From Azolla caroliniana (taxonomy: Eukaryota > Plantae > Polypodiophyta): DNA of 64,000 nt. Location: contig JBHGNT010000007.1 of NCBI GenBank assembly GCA_043228905.1, forward strand, positions 3,224,001-3,288,000. Reading direction: 5' to 3'. Position numbers and translations under genes: made by a program. The notes under the pieces are model-generated. The model saw only the letters and a program-made list of their open reading frames with translations. It ran no database searches and was not told the origin of the DNA. Shown here one piece after another: positions 1 to 11,800 of this stretch (positions within the stretch are counted from its first letter, which is position 1; each line of letters begins with the position of its first letter).

Positions 1-3000
1 TGAACCCCGTCACCGAATTGTGCGTAGTTCGATCCGCCCATAGCGCGTAAGGGAGGAGCCGCAGCCAATTCCCAACCTGTCCTTCGCATGCACGTACTAA
101 CGCCTTAACAATGGGCCCGTGACCACGCTCTACCTTCCTGTTGGCCTCCGGATTGTACGTCGTAGTGAGGGAGAGTTTGACCCCCAGTCGGTCAAACAGC
201 TCTTCAGCCTCTTGCGCGTCTAGTTCTCCACAGTCGGCCACGATCTTTCCTACGCACCCATACCGGCACACCACTTCTTCGATCAGAAATCGGCACACGG
301 CCGCGGTCGTTTTGTTCTGCAACGCTCGACCTTCCACCTGGTTCGTCAGGTCCTCCCGAGCCAGCACCAGATATCGCATCTGTCCTACCCCCATCGGCAT
401 ATTCACTAAATCCACCATCCATTTGAAGTGGACAGTCAGTGGGTAGGTTGGATGAAGCTCGTCTCGATGCCAGACTGTAGAGTGCATCTGGCTATTCTTA
501 CAAATTGTCACAAAATGATGCACGTCCTAGTACAGCCCCGGCCACCAATACTTTCCCTTGAGCTTCTCGAATGTGGCCCACGTCCCGCGGTGTCCGGCCC
601 AGGGACTCTCGTGATATGCCGTAAGCAACGCTTTCTGCTCGTCTTTCCTCGCCACTACGCAGAGTGGGGTGCCGCTACGCTTCTTCGGATGCCTCCATAT
701 GTGTCCTCCTCGTTGGAAGAATCGGTACACCTTCTTCTGCACCCGATTGGCCTCTTCTCTAGTCCACACCGTGTCCGGCGTCATCGTCCGCAGGAACCTT
801 CCTATTTGGAGCCACTCCCCGTCGTATTCGCTCTCATCGAACTCGTTAAGCGCCGGAGTGCTCCCTATACCAGTTGCCACGTTAGCTGACCCGAAGAAGT
901 CCTCGCCGACTTCTTCGTTATCCGAAACCATGTCGTCCTCGTTGCTGAACTGCGCCCTTGAAAGTATATCGGACATGGCATTATCCTTTCCGGAGATGTG
1001 TCGTATCTCTGGGTTCAAGGACTTGATGTACGCGATCCACCTGAGCATCGCCAGGTCCGGAGTCGCGCACCCGGAAACCATACCCAGAATCAGTAGGCAG
1101 TCTGTCTCGATGATCACTTCTGTCCCGATCAGATAGTCCTTGTCGGCCTTGACTGCCGAAACGATACCCCATGGCTCGCGCTTAATTTGGGCGTATTCTC
1201 ATTGCCGCTCGCTCAATACCTTTGCTCCGAACCGAATCAGGAACCGAACGCCGTCCTCGTCTTCCTGATTGAACACCCACCCAATCCCGGTCGGGCTCGT
1301 GTTCACCTTCACGTAAATGGGGACTTCCTTGCCGTAAACCGCTTTCCAGAGAGCCGGTGTCGCGGCGAGCGCCTCCTTCAGTCTCCGGACCGACTCTGTG
1401 TGCTCCGTCCTCCATTCGAACCAGTGCCCTTTCTTTAATAACCCGTAAAGCGGTTCCGCCACATGCGCGTAGTGCGGAATCCAGATGTGATAGAACGCAC
1501 ATGCCCCCAGGATCCTTCGGACCTCCGTACCCCACCCCCAATCATCCTTCATCGCGGAGATGGCTTCTACCTTCGTCGGGGACGGCTTCCGGCCATAAGG
1601 CCCGCACAGGTGTCCGACTACCAGGATCTTCAGTTGTCTGAAGGCTGATTTTTCTCCGGAGAAGGTGTGTCACGCACTCTCGAGTCTTTGTAGCACCTTC
1701 TCGCAGTCGCGGATGTGATCCGTCACGAACCTCCGGCAACCGTCAGGCCCGACCGACTCGTCCTTGTCCTCCACCGGACATCCTTTGATCGGGATGTTGT
1801 CCAGAAATGGCATGGTGATGTCCGGGATGCAGTCCCTCAACACCTTGTTCATCGCATTCACCATGTGCGCCACCGAGTTCGTTCCCCCTTGCGGTAGGGT
1901 ACACATCCGAACTAGGTCGAGAGGAGTCTGCATCGTCGTGACATCCCTGCTCTCTACGGCTAGTTGGAACTGATTGTACCCTGAGTACAGATCCCCGACT
2001 GAGTAGATCGACCTCCCTGCGAAGGCCTCCGCGAACTCATCAATGGTCGGTCCGATACCTGCGTTTCGAATGGTCACCTTGTTGACCGGCTGCAGGTCCT
2101 GTATGAAGCGCAGTGTGCCATTCTTCTTTGGCATGGTAAACCACTGATTCGAATATGGGGTACTGGACGGTTCGAGGATGCCCATCTCCACCTTCTGTTT
2201 CAGCGGCTCCATCAGCTCCAGAATGTGAGCTCTAGGCACCGGAATCGGTTTGAGATTCCACAGTACGTTGTCGCGTTGCTACGCACGTGCGTGGCGAAGG
2301 GCGGGACCACGGGGGTCTTGGACTAAGGAGTAGAGGAGAAGGAATCGGACACAAAATGGAAGCTTTGCTCAAGAAGAAGAAGAATGAACAAGAGACTAGA
2401 TCGAACAAGAGGAAGATGGAGACAAGATGAACAACAAGATGTATTAAAACGAAATAAACGATTACAAAATGGTGGCCGCATAAGCCGCACCAAATGACTA
2501 CTCGAAACCCTAACCGACGAGGATGAAGATAAAGATAAAGAATCCCTAACCCTAACCCTAACGCTCGACCTATGTGGTATACCTCGCACACTCAAAATAG
2601 GCAACCCTCACAATGGTGCCTTCCCTCTCCTTTTATAGCACGAGGGAAGACCGTTTACAAAAACGAGACTAAAATATCCCCTTTCATTCAAAGGGGATAT
2701 TTGCCTTGATTTGGGGAGGGTGAGATTGATGGCCCCTTAACTCCCACCTCCTCACAAACAACTAGGTACCTATGTACCGCATAGTACCTCTCTCTCTCTC
2801 TCTCACGTGGATGTGCGCATAAGACCACATCGCCTTTATACCTTAGGGATCTTATGGGGCATTTCTAGCACCATACCCTTTTCCCCTATTATTATTACAA
2901 ATGCATTATGTACGTGTGCAACGTTGCACATCACTCTTTGGCTCTCGTTGCTCGGGTTTCCGCTCGTGGACAAAAATCTTCACGACAACGTGCGGTACCG

Positions 3001-4970
3001 TGATGATCACCATCGGTTCTACGATCGTCGGGTCTACGCAGCTAATCTCCTCCGGCAAGAATGCGAAGGCTTTCCCGTGCCTTCCGAGCATTCTCCGAAA
3101 CCGGTCCTCCTCCGTCGGCAGTAGAAACCCACCCCCACCAACCTTGAGCTCCCGTAGCATTATGTCGGTGAACCGGTGTCCTATGCCGGCCGGATTCCGT
3201 AAACTTGGGTCCGACGCGACCCCCTTTATACGCTTCTCGCTGCCCTTCGACAAGGGTGCCACGACGGGCCTCACCTTCCGGTCCACAGTCTTGTACTTCG
3301 TACTTACGCAAGCCGTCCGATCCGACCTGATCCTTTCCCAAAAGTCCGAGATGACTTCATACATTTCCACTGAGCTGACCGGAATCATCCAGTCTTCACT
3401 AAGGCCCTCATCGACTACGCCACACAACTCTCCCAAGGTGTCGTCAAACGAGACCGCCTCCACCGCGCCGCTAATTTCTTCATCGAGGTGGAGAGCCCCG
3501 CATGACCTGAGCCGCTCCTCCACCTTCTTCTTCTCCCTGCTACTAATGTCAGTTAATGTACAACCTCCATTGTCGGAGAGCCAAAATTTCCTACCTATGG
3601 TACAGGTGTGGGGTTCCTCCGACGCGTCCGGACTATCGCAGCCCCACGCCTTGATAGCCCTCTTTAAAAATACCCTCGGTTGTCGCCGCCGAGAGTCTCG
3701 CGGTTGCGCTCATGATTCGGTCTCACGGTCAGAAATTGGACGGAGTGTCGTCCGTCTTGACTCTTCACGCACGCGTATGCCGAGCCGTTGTCGAGCACCT
3801 TTGTTTCCATGTGTACTGCCGTGATGTGCGGCTTGCCAAGTATCACTGGGTGCGAAGACGTCTCCTACACAAAGAAGTATTGATCTATCTCGATGCCGCC
3901 GATCTTTACGCGCACGTTCGGGCACACCCCGTGCAGCTCCTCCGTAGCGCGGGTCGCCGCGCGTATCTTCCAGCCGTGTTTGGTGTTGATCGGCCATTTC
4001 CCCTTTTTGTAAAAGTCCATGGACATGAGATTGATCTCGGACCCATGGTCTATTAACGCCACTACCGGTTCTTGCACATCTCCGATCCGAACAGGGGTCT
4101 CGGTAGTGGTTCTGGCCCAGTGTAGCTTTGAAAAATGGCTTTCCACCAACTCGTCTTCCAAGGCCGCATCCTCTAGGTGCGTAGTCCGCACCTCTATGGG
4201 CTTCTCCGGTTCTGGTTCCGTGGAGAGCCGTTTGCGCTTCACCAGGTCCACAATGGAGTCGTGGAACTCCTTCTTTGCGATCCCAAGCACCTCCCTCAAT
4301 GACAGTTCCACCTTGTTGTCGAGGATCCGCTCTTCGAGGACCTTCCCCAGGTCCGTCATTTTCTCTATCTCGGTGCTCAGCTGGTACCCAGTAGGCTTGC
4401 CCTTGTCCTGTATGCCGGAATTGCCGGCGTCACCCTTCTTCGGGCCGAAGCGGGTGTCGTACTGTTGTGGGGGACTGGCCCCTCCAGCCTTTCCCGCACG
4501 CTTGTCTTCTACCAGAACCTCGTAGTTCTGGCATGCAGCTTCTACGAAGCCGGACTTTTCCTCGACCGGGTCGTCCCACCCAGTGACCTCTCGGATCCGT
4601 TGCTCCGCGTGGTCCGCTTCTTCCTTCTTTAACCGGACTCCGGAGAGGCCTTCCAGCACCAGTGGCCAGAACCCGAAGTGGCTTGCCTTCTGTCCTTCGT
4701 TGCCCCCGACCCGGATTCCTGTCGACACCGCATAATTCACGGCCTCAGTGTGTCACGTGGTGGCCTCTTCCATCAGCCTCTTCATTCCACCATGCCCGAT
4801 ATTCACTTCCAAGGCTCTCCGAGTCTCGCTAGAGTGCACTCGGCCACCCCAGAGGTACATTGTGTTAGTTCTGAGCGCATCTGCGAAATCCGCGCAGTCT
4901 CTGTGGGCATGGCCGAATGCGTCGCACCATAGGCATCGCTGCCCTGTCGGTGGCCTTCGGTCGCGAGACT
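1..4970 (-). mobile_element. Ty3/gypsy LTR retrotransposon internal region (gag C-term, protease, RT, RNase H, integrase), degenerate, running off the left edge
   Basis: Minus-strand ORFs show protease VALIDHGSEINLM (3865-4740), RT LRFIQDLQPVNK...DLYSGYNQF...LPQG...PFLDNIPIKG (1670-2239), RNase H IIETDCL...HISGKDNAMSDILSR and the integrase zinc-finger start HESPWAGHRG...YWWPGLY (527-1117). There are stops and frameshifts. The domain order PR-RT-RH-IN is gypsy-type. Confidence 0.95.
2269..2987 (-). mobile_element. Solo LTR (719 bp) of a related gypsy family, inserted between the protease and the RT core of the host gypsy
   Basis: Termini TGTCGCG...CACGACA are flanked by ACGT on both sides (2265-2268, 2988-2991). 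Removing the LTR and one ACGT restores the reading TVPHVLWNLKPIPVPRAH. Both ends resemble the LTR at 60690-61338 (TGTCGTGAAGA...; ...GTCCAAGA.CCCCGTGGTCCCGCC...GCGACA). Confidence 0.9.
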
Positions 4971-4972
4971 GG

Positions 4973-5374
4973 TTGTACCTAATTTAGAAATCCACGAAAT
5001 TGAGACCTTGTACCATCAAACTTGGCCGGTAGACTAATCTTTGGTTCTTTCGGTGAAGTTTGAACTTCCATCGCATGTCATCGCAATAGAGTAGCCTCCA
5101 ATTGATGCACCCGTTGAGATAACTCTTCAAATTGTTGTACCTTCTCAGCACTTACTTTTTGTAGGTCGCCTAACAATCTTTGATTTTCTTGTTCCAGGGC
5201 CATGAATTTGGTTGTTAGCATATCGAGTTCGGAGAGAATGCGTATATATTCTTGCTTGCTGACATACTCCATAGTTACAAGAGAGATTTGCTAGATTCGC
5301 TTGAATAAGTTTAACAGAAGAAGAAGAAGAAATTGGAGAAGAAGAAAAGAAGATTTGGTTCAAACTGTCGAGAC

Positions 5375-5427
<53 letters not shown>

Positions 5428-5777
5428 GATAAGAAATGGAAATGAGATTATATTATGAGGAAACAAGGTTACAAAGAGTAGGCTAAGGGCTAAAGACTTG
5501 TGTTGAACCATAAGGAGTATTCTAGAACATTCTAGAACATTCTAGATAAGGAGTATTCTAGAATGTTCTAGAATATTTTAGATATTTATGATTTTTAATA
5601 TAATCATGGAATATCCTAAAATGTTCTAGAATACTCTAAATATCTTGTAATAACTAATAATATATTTATTATAACTATACATCATATATGTTATTATAAT
5701 GGTTAAAGGTCTAACATATAGACTAAGATGTATTGGGCTTGAATTTTTGTAAGGCCAAAATGTATGTCTTCATGACA
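4973..5777 (-). mobile_element. Probable LTR (5366-5777) plus the start of the internal region of another LTR retroelement, with a short coiled-coil ORF (5272-5078)
   Basis: Minus-strand TGTCATG...CTCGACA termini, TTCTAGAA repeat cluster and CT/CA microsatellite. It is followed by ORF MEYVSKQEYIRILSELD...LEQENQRLLGDLQKV. It separates two GC-rich gypsy fragments. Confidence 0.45.
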
Positions 5778-5779
5778 CC

Positions 5780-6400
5780 AGCAAACTGCACATCCTCCGG
5801 CATGTGCCAAGTAGTGAAGCGGTGGGGATTCCGGGTCAGCCTTTACTCATCCACCTCTAATCTGTTGCCCATCGGATCCTCGTTGGCATCCTCTTCTTCT
5901 GCGCCCGAACCTGGTTCCCGCTCGTGTCGCTTCTTGAAGGCTTTTATCCACTTCCCCGCGACCGGTACCGGGATCCTTGTCCCATCGAACTGCACTAGCT
6001 GGTAAGTCACGTTATCATTGGTGGTCGTTACAACATATGAACCGAACCACCGCTTTTGCAAATTTCTGGGTTGACCAGTGCTGGTTGTCATAGACCAACA
6101 CCTAGTCGCCCTCTTCGATCTTCCTCGACCTCAGTCGATGCGTCTATTCGAACCGATCTTCGTTCCTCTCCCGCGCCACCTATAGCTTTGCCTTAGCTCA
6201 TTCTATGTCCTCCGGTTGTCTCTCGAGTTGCTGAATCCGAGCGGCGAGCCACTCTTTCCGACTCATCTTGTCCACCTAATCTACTGCCATCCACGATGTG
6301 ATCGTTCATTCTACTTGCATGATGGGCTTCTGTCCGAACATGAGTTCGGTCGGCATGTATCCAGAGATTACTCCAGATCAGATACAGGTCATGCCATGTA
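5780..6400 (-). mobile_element. Ty3/gypsy integrase C-terminal fragment (second copy), pseudogenised
   Basis: Minus-strand translation gives TGYMPTELMFGQKPIM... and KRWFGSYVVTTTNDNVTYQLVQFDGTRIPVPVAGKWIKAFKKR (GPF/Y-like module). It is interrupted by stops. Confidence 0.8.
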
Positions 6401-6454
6401 CCAACGAAGTTATCCAAAAACGAACTGGATAATCCCTCTCTCGTTCCACTCACC

Positions 6455-6640
6455 GGCTCCTTGGTCTGAGACCCCGGTGGTCCCACCCCGTTTCAACACA
6501 TACTCGTGGATATCCGCGACAACGCGAAGTAGAGAAGAGAGAGTGAGAGACCGGGGTCTCACCCCGTTTCAACACATACTCGTGGATATCCGCGACAACA
6601 CAAAGGTTTCAACACATACTCGTGGATATCCGCGACAACA
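6455..6640 (+). repeat. Gypsy LTR 3' end with the terminal ~33 bp triplicated
   Basis: TTTCAACACATACTCGTGGATATCCGCGACAAC occurs at 6491, 6567 and 6607. The preceding CTTGGTCTGAGACCCCGGTGGTCCC resembles the LTR end near 61280-61338. Confidence 0.7.
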
Positions 6641-6646
6641 CAAAGT

Positions 6647-6686
<40 letters not shown>

Positions 6687-6690
<4 letters not shown>

Positions 6691-6890
6691 AGATGGATGT
6701 AGCTCAGTTGGTAAGGTTGCCCAATGGAGACCAGGTGGTCATGGGTTCAACCCCTACATTCCACAATGGCATTTAGTGAATCAAGAGATATATATGAAGT
6801 ATATAATAGAGAGAAGTAAGAAAATTGGGTTTCGAACCCAAAACGCAGTGCTTGTAGTGTTAACAACTTACCACTAGGGTAACCTAATTA
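6687..6890. mobile_element. tRNA-derived SINE-like repeat with two convergent Pol III heads, copy 1
   Basis: Plus-strand A box TAGCTCAGTTGG (6700-6711) and B box GGTTCAACCCC (6744-6754). Minus-strand A-box-like TACCCTAGTGGTAAG and B box GGTTCGAAACCC (~6827-6884). Flanked by GA repeats. A second copy lies at 32722-32919. Confidence 0.7.
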
Positions 6891-6959
6891 CGAGAAAAAA
6901 GAGAGAGCGAGAGCGAGTGTGATGCACAGGGAAACATAGAGAGTGTGAGCTGCAAGAGA

Positions 6960-7870
6960 AAAAGAGAAAAAGGTGAGAGATAGAGTGTATGAGTGAATAA
7001 GAAGAAAACAAAGGGACAGACAAAAGGTAGTTGTGGTTGGGGATTGTTGAAACCCCAGTTGTGGTTTCAGATGCTCAAGAGTTTGAGCAACACCATCACC
7101 TATGCAGGTTTAGTCGTTCCATATCTTCTTCCTGTTTCTCTCTGTAAGTGTTGTTTTTCTTCAAGGTTGTGGTATCATGAAAGTTCTTGGTGATTCCTCT
7201 AGTGAGCTAAGGGGAGCTCTTGCTACCTAGTTGTATTGTCTCTAATTATCGTGAAGTTTTAGTGACCGAAGAGCACCCGTGGTTTTTTCCCTGATTTGGG
7301 ATTTTCCATGTAAATCGTGTGTTGCTTGATTTCTTTTTTATGTTTCAGCATATTTGTTGTTTATCTCTGAGTGTAAATCACTTCATAGCCGACATGAAAG
7401 TCGACTAGTTGGGCCGACTGGAAAATCGACCCAAGAGTTGATTAGTCGAATGATCGACTGAGATTAATAGTAATAATAATAATAATAATGAAAGTTATGT
7501 TTCTAAATAGCCCATATTGTGTATGAGTATAAATACACCTAGGGCAAACATAGTGAGAAAAGTAGTGCAGAACATAACTATTACAAAGTGTTTTCTGTAC
7601 TGAGTTTAATAGAGAGTAAGACAGAGAGACGCGAGAGCGCACGACAAAGAGTGGCGACATAGTTTAGTGGAACTTGCCTTAAACCCTAAGGAGTATTCTC
7701 TAAAGAGTTTTGTAATCTTCTTTTCTCCCTGTAATCCTATTGATATAATGGAATATCTATTCCCGTAGTTTCCACCTGTTTAGGGTTTCCACGTAAAACT
7801 GTGTACTGTGTATTTTGCTGTTTTTTTTCTTGTTTACTGTGTGAATACTTCAGCACATCTTTCTCGTCTA
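6960..7870 (+). mobile_element. Two LTR-like remnants (probably copia LTRs)
   Basis: The motif CCCGT(G/A)GTTT...TT(G/A)GG...TTTCCA(T/C)GTAAA occurs at 7276-7314 and 7762-7797. It matches the reverse complement of 59630-59666, inside the copia LTR. Boundaries are uncertain. Confidence 0.45.
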
Positions 7871-7879
7871 CTCATGGAT

Positions 7880-8200
7880 CTAACCTCCATGCTTTTCCCA
7901 CAACTCGTCCCCAGGCATAAATCCTCTCACAACATGCTTTGCAAGAAGAGCCTTACTCTTGAGCAAAGGATCTAATAAGCCCAATCCACCTACACTTATT
8001 GGTCGGATTAAAACCAACCAACCAACTTTTGCAACAGCCCTTGATCCCAATGGAGCACCCCGAATAAAATTATGAACTAAGCGTTGTAGTTTCAATATAA
8101 TAGAGCGTGAAAATTACTAGGTTGACACAACTTACCACATTGATGCAAGCAAAACTGAGATTGCCACAACCACCCTTCCTAGTAAAGACAATTTAGTTGC
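7880..8200 (-). mobile_element. L1-type LINE reverse transcriptase C-terminal fragment
   Basis: LQRLVHNFI...AKVGWLVLIRPISVGGLGLLDPLLKSKALLAKHVVR matches the W...P...GGLG motif typical of plant L1 ORF2. Confidence 0.7.
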
Positions 8201-8328
8201 TTCCATACTAGTTGCCTCACATGTTCAATATACAAGAAGTGGGTTTGGACAAGAACTACGAGACTCATTAGTTATACATGTTTTGTCCAAACAATTTCAT
8301 GAGTACGAATATCACATTCTATTGAACC

Positions 8329-8880
8329 ATGTTCCACCTTCATCTATAATCAAGTTTTCTTTTCCCGCATTTTCAATTGACCTATCCCAATATACGTTTC
8401 TTTCTGACACGTAGTGTGCAATTTTAATTACGTCATTCATCAATAGAAATTCTTGAATATCAAGATTCACTCTTCAAGTCGACGCACAAAACATCGAAAT
8501 GTTTCATAATTTGGTCCCAAGCGTGCACCTTTAATTATGACATTCATCAATAGAAAATCTTGAATATCAAGATCCACTCTTCATGTTCCACCTTCATCTA
8601 TAATCAAGTTTTCTTTTCCCGCATTTTCAATTGACCTATCCCAATATACGTTTCTTTCTGACACATAGTGTGCAATTTTAATTACGTCATTCATCAATAG
8701 AAATTCTTGAATATCAAGATCCACTCTTCAAGTCCACGCACAAAACATCGAAATGTTTCATAATTTGGTCCCAAGTGTGCACCTTTAATTACGACATTCA
8801 TCAATAGAAAATCTTGAATATCAAGATCCACTCTTCATGTCCACGCACAAAACATCAAAAAAAATCATAATTTGGTCCCA
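8329..8880. repeat. Tandem duplication (~253-bp unit with shorter internal sub-repeats)
   Basis: CATGTTCCACCTTCATCTATAATC starts at 8329 and 8582. ATTCATCAATAGAAA..CTTGAATATCAAGAT occurs four times. Confidence 0.85.
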
Positions 8881-11800
8881 TAGGTTCAACTATGGAGGAT
8901 AATAAAGTATATCTATTTATTTCTCATCAAAGAGACCAATCAGCATATCGACGGTGTGTGCACTCCAAACTAACTTAAGCACAACTTGGTAAGGTGCTCA
9001 AGAAGATGCATCAAGCCAATCAATAGGGAAAATGTGTGATTATTTGTAGATGTTACGCATCATTCAAAAGATTCTCAACCACATGATAAGGTATACTACT
9101 TCGAACAAGCTTTGATCCTATACATCATGACTCATAATTCTAGGTTCTCAAGACGTTAGAATATCGTTCATCTCCCTCTCTCTAATCATTAGTTATCTCC
9201 CTTGGAACCAATTTTTTCCTCTTCATTGCAAAATGATTATCATCATTCAATCTGTACCTTCACATTAATATCCAAAAGAGTTTCATCTTATTAACATTTA
9301 TGTAAAATAACCGTCATAATATTTTCACTTGATATGAAACCTTAAGAAACATACAGGCCTACGAAGATTTATAATGATGGGACCTAATATAAATATCTAT
9401 CACTACTTCTGTGGTCAAATGGACGAGACACACAATGTCAATAAGTTATGGTATATGACATTCAAGTGAAGATAAAGAAAGCAAAGGTTCAAACTTTCAA
9501 GGGAAGTACTAAGAGAATTAGTGCATATTGTGGTGTATTTGTATGGGTCATTTCAAGCTTGCATGAATGTGCGCTAGCAAGAAGAACTCTTTTCCATGTC
9601 TCTCCATATGCATGTTGCTTCAACAATCAAGAATGGATTGTTCCAACATTTGTCAATATTGAGTATGAAATAAGATCATTGCAATTACAAGCATTGTTCA
9701 TGGAAAACATTTTGTTGAACAATAGAAGAAACTCTCAATCCATTGCCTTAGTTGAGCTTTTCAATATTTAATTATTGTCAAAAACACACCAATATTATTC
9801 AACTAGTTGTTTAATGACCAATGATAGAGTTCCTTTTTGTAATGAGCATAAATTTCCAATCCTACATGTCGGGAATTACAGTTTACAAGTTTTTAGTTCA
9901 AATTAGATGCATAAACGTACTCACTACAAAAAAAAACTTTTAATGCACTCATCATTTATACAGTTCATTCCTTCATTACTTCTTACTAGTGTAAGTTTTA
10001 AGTTTTAACCCAGCCTCCATTATCTATGTAAATGACTAAGGACTCTCAATGGACCTCGTCATTTATTTTACACATGTTTATCTTGTTTACACGTCTATAA
10101 GGATCATTATTCATACAATTTCCCTTCCTTTACAAAGTCTGACAAATTCTAAAACCAATTGGTCTTTTCTAGCTTGTCTTGAAAAAGTTGTACCAAATGA
10201 TGATTTTTCGTAAGCCGCAATAAGACTTTCCCTTATGAAACTTTATTTGGCATGCACGATGTTTTGCATTTGAATGCTTATTAAATTGACTCCATTACAT
10301 GAAATCAAGGCTAATTTTAAGGACTCCATGGCCAATTTCTCTAACTCTGAGGGAAAAGAAAGAAAGAGTGTCAAGGCAAAGATATAGATAGTGAGATCTA
10401 ATTAAATTAAGTAATTGGCCCAAGTTAGTTACCCATCTATCAATAACATGTTCTTATGTTTTCTTGTTGCCCTTACCTATCGAATGTACTAAGGTACTTG
10501 TGGATAAATCAAACGTAATCTAGCATTAACATTAAGACATTGAAACTTTAGTAAACTCTAGTGCATTATGTCTCATTTGTAAATGTACCAATGGATATAA
10601 ATTCACTTATACGAAACTACAATACCATGCATATAGACATCTGTAAAAAGCAAAACATCACAATAAAAGCATCTAGTTAGTTTCAGTATAAAAGAGACTA
10701 AAGTATTATACCACAGAACAACCAGTTAGTATTTTTAACATCCCGTAGTTTTTTAAAAGCATAACTAATTCATACCGAAATGCATTGTCTCTTTACAATG
10801 GCAAATGTAAAAAGACAATACATGTTAACGTACATTGGTACTTTCACAACATTACCTTTTTATACACAAAACCTTGTCTTATTACAATTCTTTAATTGAG
10901 ATGTATAAACATGATTGTCCAACAGCCAAGTTTTTGTTTTGTGACCTTAAGGTTGTGTGATTTGAATGAGAGAATGAAGGTGACTTGATGTTTTGTAAAC
11001 TTTGTTATTGCATTTCTCATTATTTGTTTTTGAATATTTACCTTAACATCAAATACAACCTCCTTAGAACATCTCATGCATTAACATTAAATGAAATGTT
11101 ATGTGAAATTATCGAGGCCAACCTCACGACAGCAGCAAGGCTCAAGTAATGAATGAAAAACAATGTATTTCTAGTTAAAGTTCTAGACATTTAGAGATCC
11201 CAATAGTTCATTACTTATGGATTGAGAGTTATAAACATATTGGTGTAGTAGTTGGATTGTGCCTTATAACATTAAGATTATATGTGCAACTTGAGCAATT
11301 AGTTTGATCTCATGTTCACTATTTTAGTTTGAGTTATTTCATTTTTTTAACTCTTCGTTATTTTAGTTTGAGATTTTTCCTACTGACCATTTGCTAATAC
11401 GTGGAGTTATATAAGATACACACACTCCACAACATCATCATTTAAAAAGAAAATGTTGAAAAGTAATTATTTCCAATTGTAGTGTTGTCAAGAGTGGACT
11501 CTTATGCATTACCCACCTATCATACAATGAAAAATATTGTGAAGGTACATCATGCTTGACCTGGTGACATGACCAACAAGCAAATGAAATTAATAGACTA
11601 TTGCATCAAGGAATGCGTCGAAGTAATAAACTCATAATGAAGGTAACTCTCCTTGAAGGCGACAATGCATTTTCATTAATTTGAATTGACACGGAGATAA
11701 AAAGGTAGGCATCTGGAGATAGTTCAAACTTTAAAGAAATGAACGAATATCTAACCTTGTCTTTTTTGTCTGATAGGAAGTAGACAAGGTCCAATGTCCA

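Noticed and set aside
2543-2562. (CCCTAA)3 telomere-like repeat
   Set aside because: Only three units, inside an LTR. Too short to indicate an interstitial telomere.
2901-3824. Long antisense ORF (307 aa) also open in the second copy (63447-63998)
   Set aside because: It lies in codon register opposite a GC-rich pol frame, so it is best explained as a shadow ORF. It also runs across the solo-LTR junction.
6491-6640. Three identical 33-bp direct repeats that look CRISPR-like
   Set aside because: Eukaryotic context, spacers of very unequal length (~43 and ~7 bp), no cas genes, and the repeat matches a gypsy LTR terminus.
6695-6765. Possible functional tRNA gene
   Set aside because: No convincing D or anticodon stems, two diverged copies, and it is part of a larger repeat. 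Treated as SINE-like.
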